Positions 42,961-58,690 of a DNA stretch of 64,000 bases are shown here, one piece after another. The notes under the pieces are model-generated. The model made no database searches and was not told the origin of the DNA. It saw nothing but the letters and a program-made list of their open reading frames with translations. Source of the stretch: the human T2T-CHM13v2.0 reference genome, Homo sapiens; the NCBI RefSeq assembly GCF_009914755.1, contig NC_060944.1. One strand, written 5' to 3'. Both the position numbers and the translations under genes were made by a program. Numbering within the stretch: position 1 is the first letter of the stretch; every line of letters begins with the position of its first letter.

Positions 42961-43769
42961 GTTGGTCCAGTCGATTTAACTGTATCTGAATGGTGTTTGA
43001 TTGCTTGTGTGATCCTGGCTGGGAATATTCTCCTTTCTGGACTTCAGTTTCCCCATAAGACCATATACTCTTCTGTAGACATTCATTCTACAGTCCAGGA
43101 GAGTACCTGGAAGGGACATTAATTTCTCTCTCCCTTTTCCCCACGGCCTATGCATTATTGTTTCAAGCCCATCTCCCCCATGGCCCATCTACCCGCAGCC
43201 AGCTCTGACCTGAAGGCCGGGTCAAAGGGGTGCTAGGAATTCCAGGTCGGTGATTGGCCTTCTTCTCTTACTCTATGTAGACTCCAGCCAACAATTCCTA
43301 GTAGGGAAAGAATAACCATCTCTAATTTGCAAGAGCTCAGGGTCTCGGGTACAGACAGGAACTGGCCCCTGCCAGGGGCATTCCCAGGGCGTTGCTCCTG
43401 GGATGGGCAGAGGGACCAGTGGGCAGGCCAGTAATGCCAACATTCAGAGGGTCCTCCTGCGGGCGGGGGCTTCCTGGAGGAGGTGGCCCTCAAGAGGGGC
43501 TTGCTTTCGATAGTGGGGGTGTTGTATTCCGTGCGGAAGGACCCTCCCGTTGTGTGGAGGAACCGCACAGTCCCTTTAATGTGGTATGCTGGTACAATCA
43601 CTCCATCTTGACGCCTAGCCCCACCCCCAAACGTTTTCAAGCCAAAGCAAACAGAAGCAAGGCCCAGGTTTAAACTTAAGAGGCTGCCTTCAGATTTTGT
43701 TTACTTATCCAGATTTGCAATCTTTCAGGACCCACCAAGGCCAGTTTCTTTTTCAGACTTTGCACTAGG

Positions 43770-44250
43770 CTATGAGGGCAGGGGGTGGCGGGGAGGGCAA
43801 CGTCCCATACCGTCTAAATCGCGCCCATACGCTGCCACCTGGGAAAGGGGGCAGAAAGGGGCGGCGGTGCTCTAAAGTGAGGCGGAGCTGGAGGGCTCTG
43901 AGGAAATGCCCCGGGGCACCCCCTCCCCAAGGCAGCCTGGAGTGGACGCGCGGCTGCCAGGCTTCCCGCGGAGGACGCGACCCCGGCGGTGCCCGAGGCT
44001 GGCGCGCCCTCTCGCGGCCACGCCGGGAACGCCGCCGGCTGAGACCCTCGCGTCCTCGGAGAAGCCTGTGGTTGGTTCCAGCCTAGGCCCGGCGGGCAGC
44101 AGCCCACGCTGGGTGTTTGAGGGCAGTGAGGAAAACGACCTGTCTGCAGAGATCGTCTCTGCTGCAGTCCTTCTGCAGTCCACGCTGGGGAATGCCCTGG
44201 TCAGCGCGACAGAGTCCTCCGCTCTCCCCGGCATCCCCTGTCCAAGCATT
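43770..44250. promoter_or_regulatory. CpG island / candidate promoter or enhancer
   Basis: Only non-repeat CpG-dense, GC-rich stretch in the window; GC boxes (gggggtggcggggaggg, ggggcgg). Confidence 0.75.
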
Positions 44251-44409
44251 TCTCCTCTGCCCCCAGCTGTCAGCTACCCCTCCCCTTGCCTCTTTTGCTC
44301 GACTCCTTGAATTAACTCAGCCTCGTAGGGGTGTTGATGACTGCTTATTCCTCCCTTTACCTCTAGCCCAGCAGGATATTTCACAACTTTCCTCCAAAGC
44401 AGCGGTCAA

Positions 44410-44530
44410 GATCTGAGTTAGCTCCACGGCTTGCTGACTCTCCTCATGCTCGGGTTCCTCATCTATGAAACGGGGATAACTGTAGTATCTGTGTCCTGAT
44501 TTGGTGTAAGGTTAGTGAGTTACTACGTGT
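44410..44530 (+). mobile_element. MIR
   Basis: ctcgggttcctcatctatgaaacggggataac...ggtgtaaggttagtgag. Confidence 0.7.
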
Positions 44531-44727
44531 GTAGCAGACCCGTGCCTCCACACATTCCCTCGGTGCCCCTCCTTCTTCCTGTGCCCCTGTCCTCTGCGTG
44601 CCTTCTCTGTGGGGAGACAGCCAGCATCTTCTTGCTTCTCTGTTGCAGGGCTGTCCCAGGCTGCTGGAGCCTCCCTGGACCACATGCAGCAGCCTGGAAG
44701 TGCCAGGGATCAGGGGACGTATTTACC

Positions 44728-45287
44728 TATATTAGAGTTCCCCAGAGAAACAGAACTTATGGGATTACATATATACATGTATACATATGTGTGTGTGTAT
44801 ATATACGTATATGTATGTATGCATGTGTGTGTATACATATATATGTGTGTGTACATATATATATATGAGAGAGAGAAATCGATTTATTATAAGGGATTGC
44901 CTCATGATCATGAAGGCTGACAAGTCCCAAGATCTGCATTGGCAAGCCAGGAGATCCCATGGTTGGTTCCAGTCCTAAAGCTGCCAGGCTCAAGAGCCAA
45001 TGTTTCAGTCCAAGTCCAAAGGCAAGAAGCAAGTTGATGTCCCAACTTGAAGGTAGTCGGGAAGGAGAAATTCCCTCTTAATTGGAGGACGTTCCACATT
45101 ATTGTTCTATTCAGGCCTTGAGCGGATTGGACAAGGCCCACCCACATTGCAGAGGTCAATCAGCCTTACTGATTTAAATGTTAATCTCATCTAAAAACAC
45201 CCTATCACAGAAACACTCAGAATGTTTGACTAAACATCCAGACAACCTGCGACCCAGCCAAGTTGGCACATAAAAGTAACCATCACA
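44728..45287 (-). mobile_element. MLT2B-like (ERVL) LTR with internal (TA/TG)n microsatellite
   Basis: cccagagaaacagaac...ggctgacaagtcccaagatctgca...cagccaagttggcacataaaagtaaccatcaca. Confidence 0.88.
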
Positions 45288-45289
45288 GC

Positions 45290-45480
45290 CCCCGAGGGCA
45301 GATCTTCATCATGACAGGTGGTTGGGGAAGCAGGAGCCACACTGCAGCTCCACTCTGCACTCTCGCCTGGCCTCCTTCCCTTCCCAGTCCCAATTCCTCA
45401 CTCCCTGGGTTTTCCTGAGGCCTACCCCTTAGTAAATTACTTTCAAGTGAATCTTCCTTCAAGGGTAGGAATCTGCTCCT
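45290..45480 (+). mobile_element. LTR16-like 3' part (5' part probably ~44590-44727)
   Basis: ctccttcccttcccagtcccaattcctcactccct...ccccttagtaaattactt. Confidence 0.45.
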
Positions 45481-46649
45481 TGACATTCCTTATTCACCAT
45501 CCTTCTGCCCGGGTTGGACGGATCCCCTCCTGGTGCTGGAACAGTCTGTTCCTTCCACAGGATGCTCAGAATGTAAACCATCATTGCAAAGACTGAGGCT
45601 TCACAAGGAAGATTCCTTCAAACTCATGGTAAAACATAAACTGAAAACATGAGAAATTGCATATTTTTCTGCCCATCTCCTGGGCACACAGAAGGACACA
45701 AAGAGCTTGGCTCCTCACATCACCTTCATGGGCACTTTATCAACGATAACATGAGAACAAGTCTGGCTGATAACAGGATTACGTGATTGTAATTAGATGG
45801 ATAATTATTCACACGTGGAAGGGTTTGATGACTGGGTCTTGAGAATAGGAGCTATAAATACACATATTAGAAAAGGATTCCATTAAAAGTGAACCTAAAG
45901 CAATTGAAAAGCTTCTGATGGATCATTAGCCATTTAAAGAGATTTTTGTTGCTAATGTGTCGCTCTTTTCACCTTTTACTAAAAAGCTTCAAAAAGGAAA
46001 TCAAAGCATCTGACATTGTAATGTAAATCAATGGGGAGAAGGCATTAAATTTATAAAAGTTCAGTTTTTATGCAGCTTCTCCTAAACCCAGCTGTGATAC
46101 AAATTGAAGTCTACTTTGTGTACATTGGCATAAAATGAGGTCCATTATAAACATATATTTTAGTAAATTCAATGTGATGTAGATGCAGGTTGAATACAGC
46201 AGCCAGTTACTTAAATTGAATGGGCTGAATTTCCCAGAAGAAAATCTGAAATGAACATGAAATGCTGTTACTCTGCTTCAACTAACCAGACACTCTTTAG
46301 ACGAAAGTGTGCCAGGTGGAATATCATTTCATATAGTGTTTTCAGATATCCAACTGATCTTCCACATTTGCCCAGCCCTGCCCTGGTAAGCAATTACACA
46401 AAAATGAAACACCCAATGTTTGCTTATTAATTTATGCCACGGACAGCTATCAGTTGCATTTAATAGGCTTCTAGTCCAGGAATCAGCCAAGAACAAGACT
46501 CTTGAGCATAAAAGGATAAATTTAAAACACAGACTTCTTTTAAGAAGGCAGATTTGTTATGGCACACATATATATGTGATGTCTGTGTATTTTACACTGT
46601 AAAGACATACATCAAATGTAGTAGTGATTATCTGTGGTATAATTGTTAA

Positions 46650-48010
<1,361 letters not shown>

Positions 48011-48016
48011 GCTTTC

Positions 48017-49096
48017 AATAATTGACAAATGGAATCTAATTAAACTTAAGAGCTTCTGCACAGCAAAAGAAACTATCAACAGAGTAAACAGACAACCTAA
48101 AGAATGGGAGAAAATATTTGCAAACTATGCATCTGACAAAGGTCTAATATCCAGCATCTATAAGGAACTTAAACAAATTTACAAGGGAAAAACAACCCCC
48201 ATTAAAAATTGGGCAAAGGACATGAACAGACCATTTTCAAAAGAAGACATACACACAGCCAACAAGCATATGAAAAAAAGGTCAATATCACTGATCATTA
48301 GAGAAATCCAAATCGAAACCACAGTGAGATACCATCTCACACTAGTCAGAATGGCTATTATTAAAAGTCAAAAAATAACAGATGCCGGTGAGGTTGCAGA
48401 GAGAAGGGAATGCTTATACACTGGGAGTATGTGTTGGTGGAAGTGTAAATTAGTTCAACCATTGTGGAAAGCAGTGTGGTGACTCCACAAAGAGCTAAAA
48501 ACAGAGCTACCATTCAACCCAGCAATCTCATTACTGGGTATATACCCTCCAAAACATAAATCACTCTATCATAAAGACACATGCACGCATATGTTCACTG
48601 AAGCACTATTCACAATAGCAAAGACATAGAATCAGCCTAAATGCCCAATAATGACAGATTGGATAACGAAAATGTGGTACACATACACTGCGGAATACTA
48701 TACAGCCATAAAAAAGAATAAGATAATGTCTTTTGTGGGAACGTGGATGGAGCTGGAGGCAGTTATCCTTAGCAAACTAAGGCATGTGGCCCCAAATCTC
48801 TAATTCTGATTCTGTGTCTATTTCTTTTGTGACTGTATAATTTATTTATCGTTCTCACTTATAAGTGGAAGCTAAATGATGAGAACTCAAGGACACAAAC
48901 AGGAGAACAAAACACACTGGGGCCTACTTGAGGTGGGAGGATGGGAGGAGGAAGAGGAGCAGAAAATATAACTATTGGGTACTAGGCTTAGTACCTGAGT
49001 TCGATGAAATAATATGTACAGCAAACCACCATGACATGGGTTTACCTGTAAAACAAACCTGCACATGTACCCCTGAACCTAAAAGTTTAAAAAACA
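48017..49096 (+). mobile_element. 5'-truncated L1PA15/16- or L1PB-like LINE-1
   Basis: ORF 48009-48482 is L1 ORF2 C-terminus ([17 protein letters not shown]...WEKIFANY); TSD tgtatgctttc at 48006-48016 and 49097-49107. Confidence 0.93.
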
Positions 49097-49282
49097 TGTA
49101 TGCTTTCTATGGGGTCAAAGATTTCTGTTCTCTCTCTCCATTTCTCTTCCCCTCCTCCCTCCCTCTCTCTCCTCTCTTCCCCCTTTCAGCCCCTCCCTTT
49201 ATGCTCAGGTGTATTAATCCTGATTTTCTTATTCATTCATTCATTGGCCATCCTGATTCTATTTCTTTTCCTTTCAATCTAC

Positions 49283-49296
49283 TTTTTTTCTTTCCT

Positions 49297-49327
<31 letters not shown>

Positions 49328-49607
49328 GTCTGAGACAGAGTCTCGCTCTGTTGCCCAGGCTACAGTGCAGTGGCACAATCTCAGCTCACAACCTCCACCT
49401 GCTCGGTTCAAGTAATTCTCTGCCTTAACTTCCTGAGTAGCTGGGATTACAGGCATGCACCACCGCACCAGCTAATTTTTATATTTTTAGTAGAGATGGG
49501 GTTTCACCATGTTGGCCAGGCTGGTCTCTAACTCCTGACCTCAGGTGATCCACCAGCCCCAGCCTCCCAAAGTGCTGGGATTACAGGAATGAGCCACCAT
49601 GCCTGGC
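49283..49607 (-). mobile_element. Alu (AluSx-like)
   Basis: Antisense dimer with long poly(T). Confidence 0.95.
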
Positions 49608-50176
49608 CATATTCTTTTTCTCAATGCTTTAATCTATTCTAAGAGATGTGGCCCCAAACCTCTAATTCTGATTCTGTGTCTATTTCTTTTGTGACTGTAT
49701 AATTTATTTATTGTTCTGAGACTATCCTTCTAGGAGCATACAAGTTCCTGTGTTGTATTTTCTTGGTGGACTGTTCCAGTATGAGACATCTCTCTTTGTC
49801 TTTTTTACTGCCTTTTTTCCTAAAATTTTATCTTGTCTGATATTAGCATTGCTGCATTGTCTTTTTTAGTGTCATTAACATTGGCCTGGTGGTTGCCCCT
49901 TTCATTTTAATGTTGTAGTGTCTTTTGATTTATGTTTCTCATAAACAGCATAGAACTACACTTCATGTAATTGTGGCTTTTGCTCTAATCCAAAAATATC
50001 TGGATATCTAGATTAGGTGACTATGAGGGGTCTATCACCTATTTATTTTTTATTGTGATTACCATTACATTGGACTTATTTCTGTCACTTAGTGCTGTGT
50101 TTACTACTTAACCTGCTTCCCCTTTGCTGACTTTTTTTCCTTCTCTGACTTCTGGTAGATTGCACATGCTTTCTTT

Positions 50177-50900
50177 TTTTATCTTATTTTTATTTTTTAT
50201 TTTACTTTAAGTTCTGGGATACGCGTGCAGAATGTGCAGGTTTGTTACATAAGTATACATGTGCCATGGTGGTTTGCTGCACCCATCAGCCTGTCATCTA
50301 GGTTTTAAGCCCCACATGCATTAGGTGTTTGTCCTAATGCTCTCCCTCTCCTTGCCCTTCACCCGCCGACAGGCCCTGGTATGTGATGTTCCCCTGCCTG
50401 TGTCCACATGTTCTCACTGTTCAACTCCCGCTTATGAGTGAGAACATGTGGTGTTTGGTTTTCTGTTCCTGTGTTAGTTTGCTGAGACTGATGGCTTCCA
50501 GCTTCATCCATGTCCCTGCAAAGGACATGAACTCATTCTTTTTTATGGCAGCATAGTATTCCATGGTGTATATGTGCCATGTTTTCTTTATCCAGTCTGT
50601 CATTGATGGGCACTTGGGTTGATTCCAAGTCTTTGCTATTGTGAACAGTGCTGCAATAAACATACGTGTGCATGTGTCTTTACAGTAGAATGATTTATAA
50701 TTCCTTGGGTATATACTCAGTAATGGGACTGCTGGGTCAAATTTCTGGTTCCAGATCCTTGAGGAATCGCCACACTGTCTTCCACAATGGTTGAACTAAT
50801 TTATACTCCCACCAACAGTGTAAAAGTGTTTCTATTTCTGCACAGCCTCGCCAGCATCTGTTGTTTCCTGACTTTTGAATGATCACCATTCTAACTGGCG
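50177..50900 (-). mobile_element. L1PA7/8-like 3' end
   Basis: ORF 50421-50663 MFIAALFTIAKTWNQPKCP...; TSD ttgcacat(gct/ccg)ttcttt. Confidence 0.93.
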
Positions 50901-51299
50901 TTGCACATCCGTTCTTTATTCCCTTTTGTTCTCCCTGCCTGCTTGGAATTTAAATATTTTTGTTTTATTCATTTAGTAGTTACTTTCATATTTGTCATAG
51001 GCATCTTAATTTCATATATTTCTCACAAATCAAGACAGTGTACCCCCTTTTTAAACAAGGTTTGGAATTTTCAGTTCTTTCCCTTTTCTCATAACTTAGC
51101 TCCCACCAGCAACTATGTCATTCTTATCTACAGTTTTAGTTCTGACTTCTTTTAAAACATAAATTGTTCTTTTGTTCACATAAATTATTATAATTATGGC
51201 TAAGTCTTTTATTATATCATAATTGTTATATCATAATAAAAGGCATAGCAATAATGATAATAATTTATATTGTTATTATTTTGAGTGAATACTTACCAT

Positions 51300-51479
51300 A
51301 TTTATCAATTATATATGAGATATACATTGTTTCACTATTTAACTTCCCTGTGATCGTGAGGTTAAATTCTGTCTTTAATTATAATTGATTTTTTTTCTTA
51401 GAAGTTAATAAAGTAGCAGTATATCTTACATAACAGTGTATCTTATAATTGGTAACATCTTAGATGGGATGAAATAAAG

Positions 51480-51480
<1 letters not shown>
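51300..51480 (+). mobile_element. TcMar-Tigger relic (Tigger12/13-like end)
   Basis: gtatcttataattggtaacatcttagatgggatgaaataaagt resembles a Tigger terminal inverted repeat. Confidence 0.45.
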
Positions 51481-53330
<1,850 letters not shown>

Positions 53331-54015
53331 TCCTGTGGACCTGGCACTCTGGTTGAAGTTCAGTGTTCTAAGGCATCCTGAGATCCGCAGAGGCACTGCC
53401 AGCTGACGGTAGGGACAGTGACATGTGATATGATGGTGGGGACAGTGGGGTGCTCTGGACACACCTCCAGCTGCTACCAGGGAGCTCTACTTGCAGGGGT
53501 TTGTATACAAGTTTATATACAAAATCTCTATTACTAATAAGCCAAATATTTGGAACCCATACTCTAGCCCAAGCATCTCATTTTCCAGATGGAGATGAGG
53601 CTGTTAGTTCCAAAGCCAGGCGGGAAACTAGGTCTGCTCATGTCCTGTCTGACACTCTCAGAACTGCACCAGGCATAGGTCTGCTAGGCGCCCTGTAATG
53701 CCCATCTCATCCCACATGATGGGGTCACCTCCCTCACTTCATCCCCAAGACGAAGCAGTTGGGAACTCAGCCCAAGAGGAAACTTACTTCCAAACCCATC
53801 TGGAACACTGATTCATGTAACCAAAACCACCTAGCTGCCCGCCTGGAGAAGGTTCTGGGTTGTGGCACTGCAGGATCCAGTAAGGCCCGGGCCTCTATTT
53901 ACACACATTTCAAAGAGAGTGGACCCCTCTCAAAGCTGCAGCAGCAGCGCCTCAGGGACCAGTGTCCAGGAATTCCCCCAGCTCACCTGGCAGTGCTGCC
54001 TAAAGGTTTAGGTCT

Positions 54016-54319
54016 GGCCGGATGCAGTGGATCATGCTCCCCCTTTGGCCTCCCAAAGTGCTGGGATTACAGGCATGAGACCAGGAGCTCAAGAACAACT
54101 TGGGCAATATAGCAAGACCCCCGTCTCCAAAACAACAACAACAAAATTGTTTTTAATGAGCCAGTTGTATTTGTGTGTGCCTGTTATCCCAGCTTACTCG
54201 GGAGGCTAGGGCTAGAGGATTGCTGAGCTCAGTTCAAGGCTGCAGTGAGCTATGATCTATCCACTGCACTCCAGCCTGGGTGACAGAGCGAGACCCTATC
54301 CCTAAGGAAAAAAAAAAAA
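54016..54319 (+). mobile_element. AluJ with internal micro-inversion
   Basis: Sense Alu containing an antisense block at 54032-54078. Confidence 0.9.
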
Positions 54320-55487
54320 TGTAGCTGAAACATTGACCCATTCGTAAGGTAGGTGACTCAGAGTGTACTTCCAGCTGATTCTCTGGCACAGCTAGGAGCA
54401 TCCAGTCAATTACTCAAAGGATTCTTGATGATGGCCAAAATATATGTGGTTTTGATGATGTCTGGAGAGGATGAGGATGGTGCCAACATGTTTTCATTTG
54501 AGCAACTATTACCACTCCACAAAGGGAAATCTGCAGATCCTGCTCCTTCTGGTGCATGCGTTTTCTAAAGGTGGACCCTGCTGGATTCTGGGGTTCCTTG
54601 CAGGTGCCTCAGGAGCCATCTCAGCAACACACGTGTCTCCTTCCTTAGAAGCAACCAACTGTGCTGTGCCATGGTGAAAAGGAGCTGAACTGAGACAGGA
54701 GTCGTGTCTTCCTGGGTGACCTCAAGCCTCAAGCCTACATCAAACATGGTACCACATCGTGGACAAGTTACTAGTCAGGATTTTTCAGCCTCAAGGGACA
54801 GGTGCCCAATTAGACAATGCTTAGGTGGAGAAAGGAGAATTGTTTGCTGGTTTGTAACAAATTTCAAGAAGGGCAGGAGTCCAAACACCATCACCTTTGC
54901 TCTCTCCAATGCCACGACTGTCCATGTCATCATCCTCATCATTTCTCAAGCTGCTTTTCTTAAAAGACAGGACCCATAACCATGGCCCAGATCCCATCTC
55001 TGCAGATCAGCCCCAGCAATCACGGCTTTGTTGTCTCCCTCCAGTTTAGAAAGGCCCGGAGAAGGAGTGTGATTAAAGCCCAGCTCTGGGGTTCGCTTCT
55101 GGTTTCGAACATTCTCCTGGCTGTTTACGTTTACAGTTTATATTACTCATAACTCAGAGAGTTCTCAGTACTCTAATCTGTTTTATTGCCGTTCTTAATG
55201 CAAGTGTGTTGATGTAAGCGCTCTGCCAGATCTTTCTGTTCTTTGTAATCTCCCGTTCTGTATAAACGCTCTGCCCTTCATACTCATCGTGTGCTCTGGA
55301 CAATGGCTCTTCATCATGTCGGGTTTTCAGTAACAATTTAGTTCATTTCTCTCTGTTGGCTGTTTTCCTTTATTGTAAGAGAGGGAATACAAGGCGTTGC
55401 TTACTGAACACCTACTGACATGTTCCAATTAGAAGGAGGCTCTTCTTGGTACAAAGCATATCTCCCTAAACCAAAAATACTTACTTA

Positions 55488-55827
55488 TTTTTAGAGAAGG
55501 GGTCTCTCTCTGTCACCCAGGCTGGATGAGGTTGTTAATTCCAGAGCCAGGCTGGGGTGCAGTTGCACGATTATATCTCACAGGAGCCTCAAACTACTGG
55601 GCTCAAGCAACCCTCTGTCCTTAGCCCCTTGAGTAGCTGGAATTGCAGGCACATGGCCCCATGCCCAGTTAATTTTCTGTTTTTTTGTTTTTTTTTTTTT
55701 AGAGATGGGGTCTCACTATGTTGCCCAGGCTGGTCTCAAACACCTGGCCTCAAGTGATTCTCCTTACTTGAGGAAGGCCTCAGCCTTCTGAGTAGCTGAG
55801 ATTACAGACACAAGCCACTGAGCCTGG
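55488..55827 (-). mobile_element. AluJ with two small insertions
   Basis: Antisense dimer; extra sequence at 55526-55555 and ~55764-55776. Confidence 0.9.
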
Positions 55828-55849
55828 AAAACCAAAAATATTTAGATAA

Positions 55850-57320
55850 ACCCTATGTCAGTTTCCTTCTACCAATTTCTACCCACATTTCAGGGTCCTC
55901 ACGTGCTCCCAGCCGGGCATGATATGAAATTGACTTTGTTACTGAAAATCATGTTAACGGGGCCATCCTCTTATTTTGCACACATCTTTATTTGTCCTTT
56001 TTGCTTCTCACTTATCTCTGGTGCTTGGAACCAATCCATCATTTTTTATGGCTTCTGGGCTTTGTATCATACTTTGAAAGGCCTTTGTGCCTCTGAGGTT
56101 ATAAAAGAATTCTCTCTTGCTTCTATCACTTTTATGAGTTCCCTTTTTAGACTCCTTTTTAGATTAAGTCTGACCCATCCAGGATTAATTTTAGTGTAAT
56201 ATAAAAGGTATAGCTCTAATTCCACATTTTTCCAAGTGGCCTCTCAATTCTCCAAATCCCCGGATTTCAATGATCCTTATTTTTCCCCTATTGATTTAAA
56301 ACTCCACCTCTATTATGTAGTAAAATTCCATGTGCATTGGGTCTGATTCCTTAACTTTCTTTTGCAAATACCTTCCATCGATCTGTCTAATCTGTTTAAA
56401 TCATTATAATTTTGTAACATATTCTAATATTTGGTAGCATTGTTCTGTCCTTCATTATTCTCCCTAGAGGTTTCCTAGTTATTCTTTTTTTAAATAACAA
56501 ATAATAATTGTACATATTCATGAGGTACAATGTGATGCTTTGATGTACGTATACACTGAAACGATTAAATCAAGCTAATCAACATATCCATCACTTCACA
56601 TATTTCTCATTTTTGTGGTGATAACATTTGAAGCTTACTCTCTTAGCAGTTTTTAAATATACAAGACGTTAATTGTAGTCACCACGAAGCTATTCCTGAA
56701 TGTTTATTTTTTCCATGGAAACTTTAAAAGCAATGAATCTAGCTCCTCCAAATCAAGTTTCTATTGATTTTTTTGTTAGTCACCCTAAATTTTTAAATTA
56801 ACTTGGGGAGATTTTGATGGTATTGAGTTTTCCCATCCAAGAACAGGGTCTGCCTTTCCCTTTGTCCAAGTCTCTGACTTCTCAGAAGCATTTTTGAAGT
56901 CTTAGGCAAATCGCTTTTCACATTAAATGTAAGCCTATATCTTCCATCTTTTTTACCGGTATGGTAAATGGGGCCTCTTCTTCCACTGTATCTTCTAACT
57001 AGTTGCTATTTGAAAGCTATTTTGTTCCATATGTTAATTTTGTACTTGCCACTTTACTGATTACCTTGCTATGTGTAATATTTTTTCATTTTATTTTCTT
57101 GGATTTTCTGGGTACACAATTGTAACACCATCTCAGATGTTGATGATTTTCCTCCTCTTTTCTAATTTTTAAACTCCTAAAATCATTCTTTTTTGGTTAA
57201 TTGCATCGACCTTTAGAATATTAAACAGTACAGTGGTAGTGGATGGCTTTTCTCATCCCAAACTTATATGAAGATGCTTCTAATGTTTTCCCATTAAACG
57301 CGATGCTCATGTCTGGGTGG
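55850..57320 (-). mobile_element. Old L1ME ORF2 relic with nested L1MA 3' end (~56485-56687)
   Basis: attgagttttcccatccaagaacaggg; aataattgtacatattcatgaggtacaatgtgatg...attaaatcaagctaatcaacatatccatcac. Confidence 0.7.
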
Positions 57321-57439
57321 AGATGGATGTATTTTATACCACTAAGGATGTGTCCAGCTCCACATTGGGTAGCAGGTTGGTTCTTGGTTTAAAAGACATA
57401 CTTTCTATCTGGTTAAGGAAGAATCCATCACACCTATTT

Positions 57440-57625
57440 GTTTTTCTTGTTTTTTCAGACAGGTTCTTGCTCTGTTGCACAGGCTGGAGTGCAGTGGTGC
57501 ATGGCCTCATGTGATCCTCCCCCTTCAGTCTCCTGAATAGCTGGGACTACAGGAACACGCCACCTTGCCTGGCTAATGTTTCTAAATTTTTGTAAATATG
57601 GGGTCTTGCTGTGTTGTGCAGGCTC
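57440..57625 (-). mobile_element. Partial Alu (FRAM/AluJ)
   Basis: Antisense right arm with internal deletion. Confidence 0.8.
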
Positions 57626-57734
57626 ATCACACCTGTTTTACGAGAACTTTAGGTTTGGGACTAGATAACATTTAGTTAATTAGAGCTTCAGTACCCATCT
57701 ACCAACCATAAGATATTCATAATCTCTTTGAGCT

Positions 57735-57860
57735 TCAGGTAAAATGTGATAATACGTCCCTTCTAGAACACTGTAAAGTTTAATTGAGAAGGAATGAATG
57801 GAAGGCACCAACACAGTACTTGACACACAGCAAATGTGCAGTAAGTGATAATTCCTTCCA
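57735..57860 (+). mobile_element. MIR
   Basis: gtaaaatgtgataatac...caacacagtacttgacacacagcaaatg. Confidence 0.65.
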
Positions 57861-57870
57861 TTCTCATTAA

Positions 57871-58317
<447 letters not shown>

Positions 58318-58656
58318 CTTTCTGGGTTTTCTTAATGTGACCATGATGATAATTTTCCTTGCATCCAAACTATAAACTCTATTTGGTTAAAATATATAAA
58401 TATCACTAATCCACATAAAATATTAATCTGATTAATAAAATACAATTTTATATTTTTGCCAATTGTGAGATTCTCAGATTGGTCCCGTACCTTTTACTTT
58501 TGGCCTTGGCCGATTTTTTAACTTAAAACATGTTTGTGTCATGATTTTTTTTTTCCGTGTTTTGGAACATTTACTGTGCTACTGTCTGGGAGTGGGTGGG
58601 TAATTCTCACCCACGGTGGGATCTTGAATTCCTGACCACTTTGGAATGTGTTGACC

Positions 58657-58690
58657 CTGCACTGCTTTTACTCAACACTAGGGGGCAGCA
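58657..58690 (+). promoter_or_regulatory. CTCF-binding motif with upstream module
   Basis: Core acactagggggcagca preceded by ctgcactgc at a typical upstream-motif spacing. Confidence 0.7.

Noticed and set aside
43233-44416. Multiple overlapping 93-135 aa ORFs at the CpG island
   Set aside because: Expected from stop-codon scarcity in GC-rich DNA; no recognisable domain.
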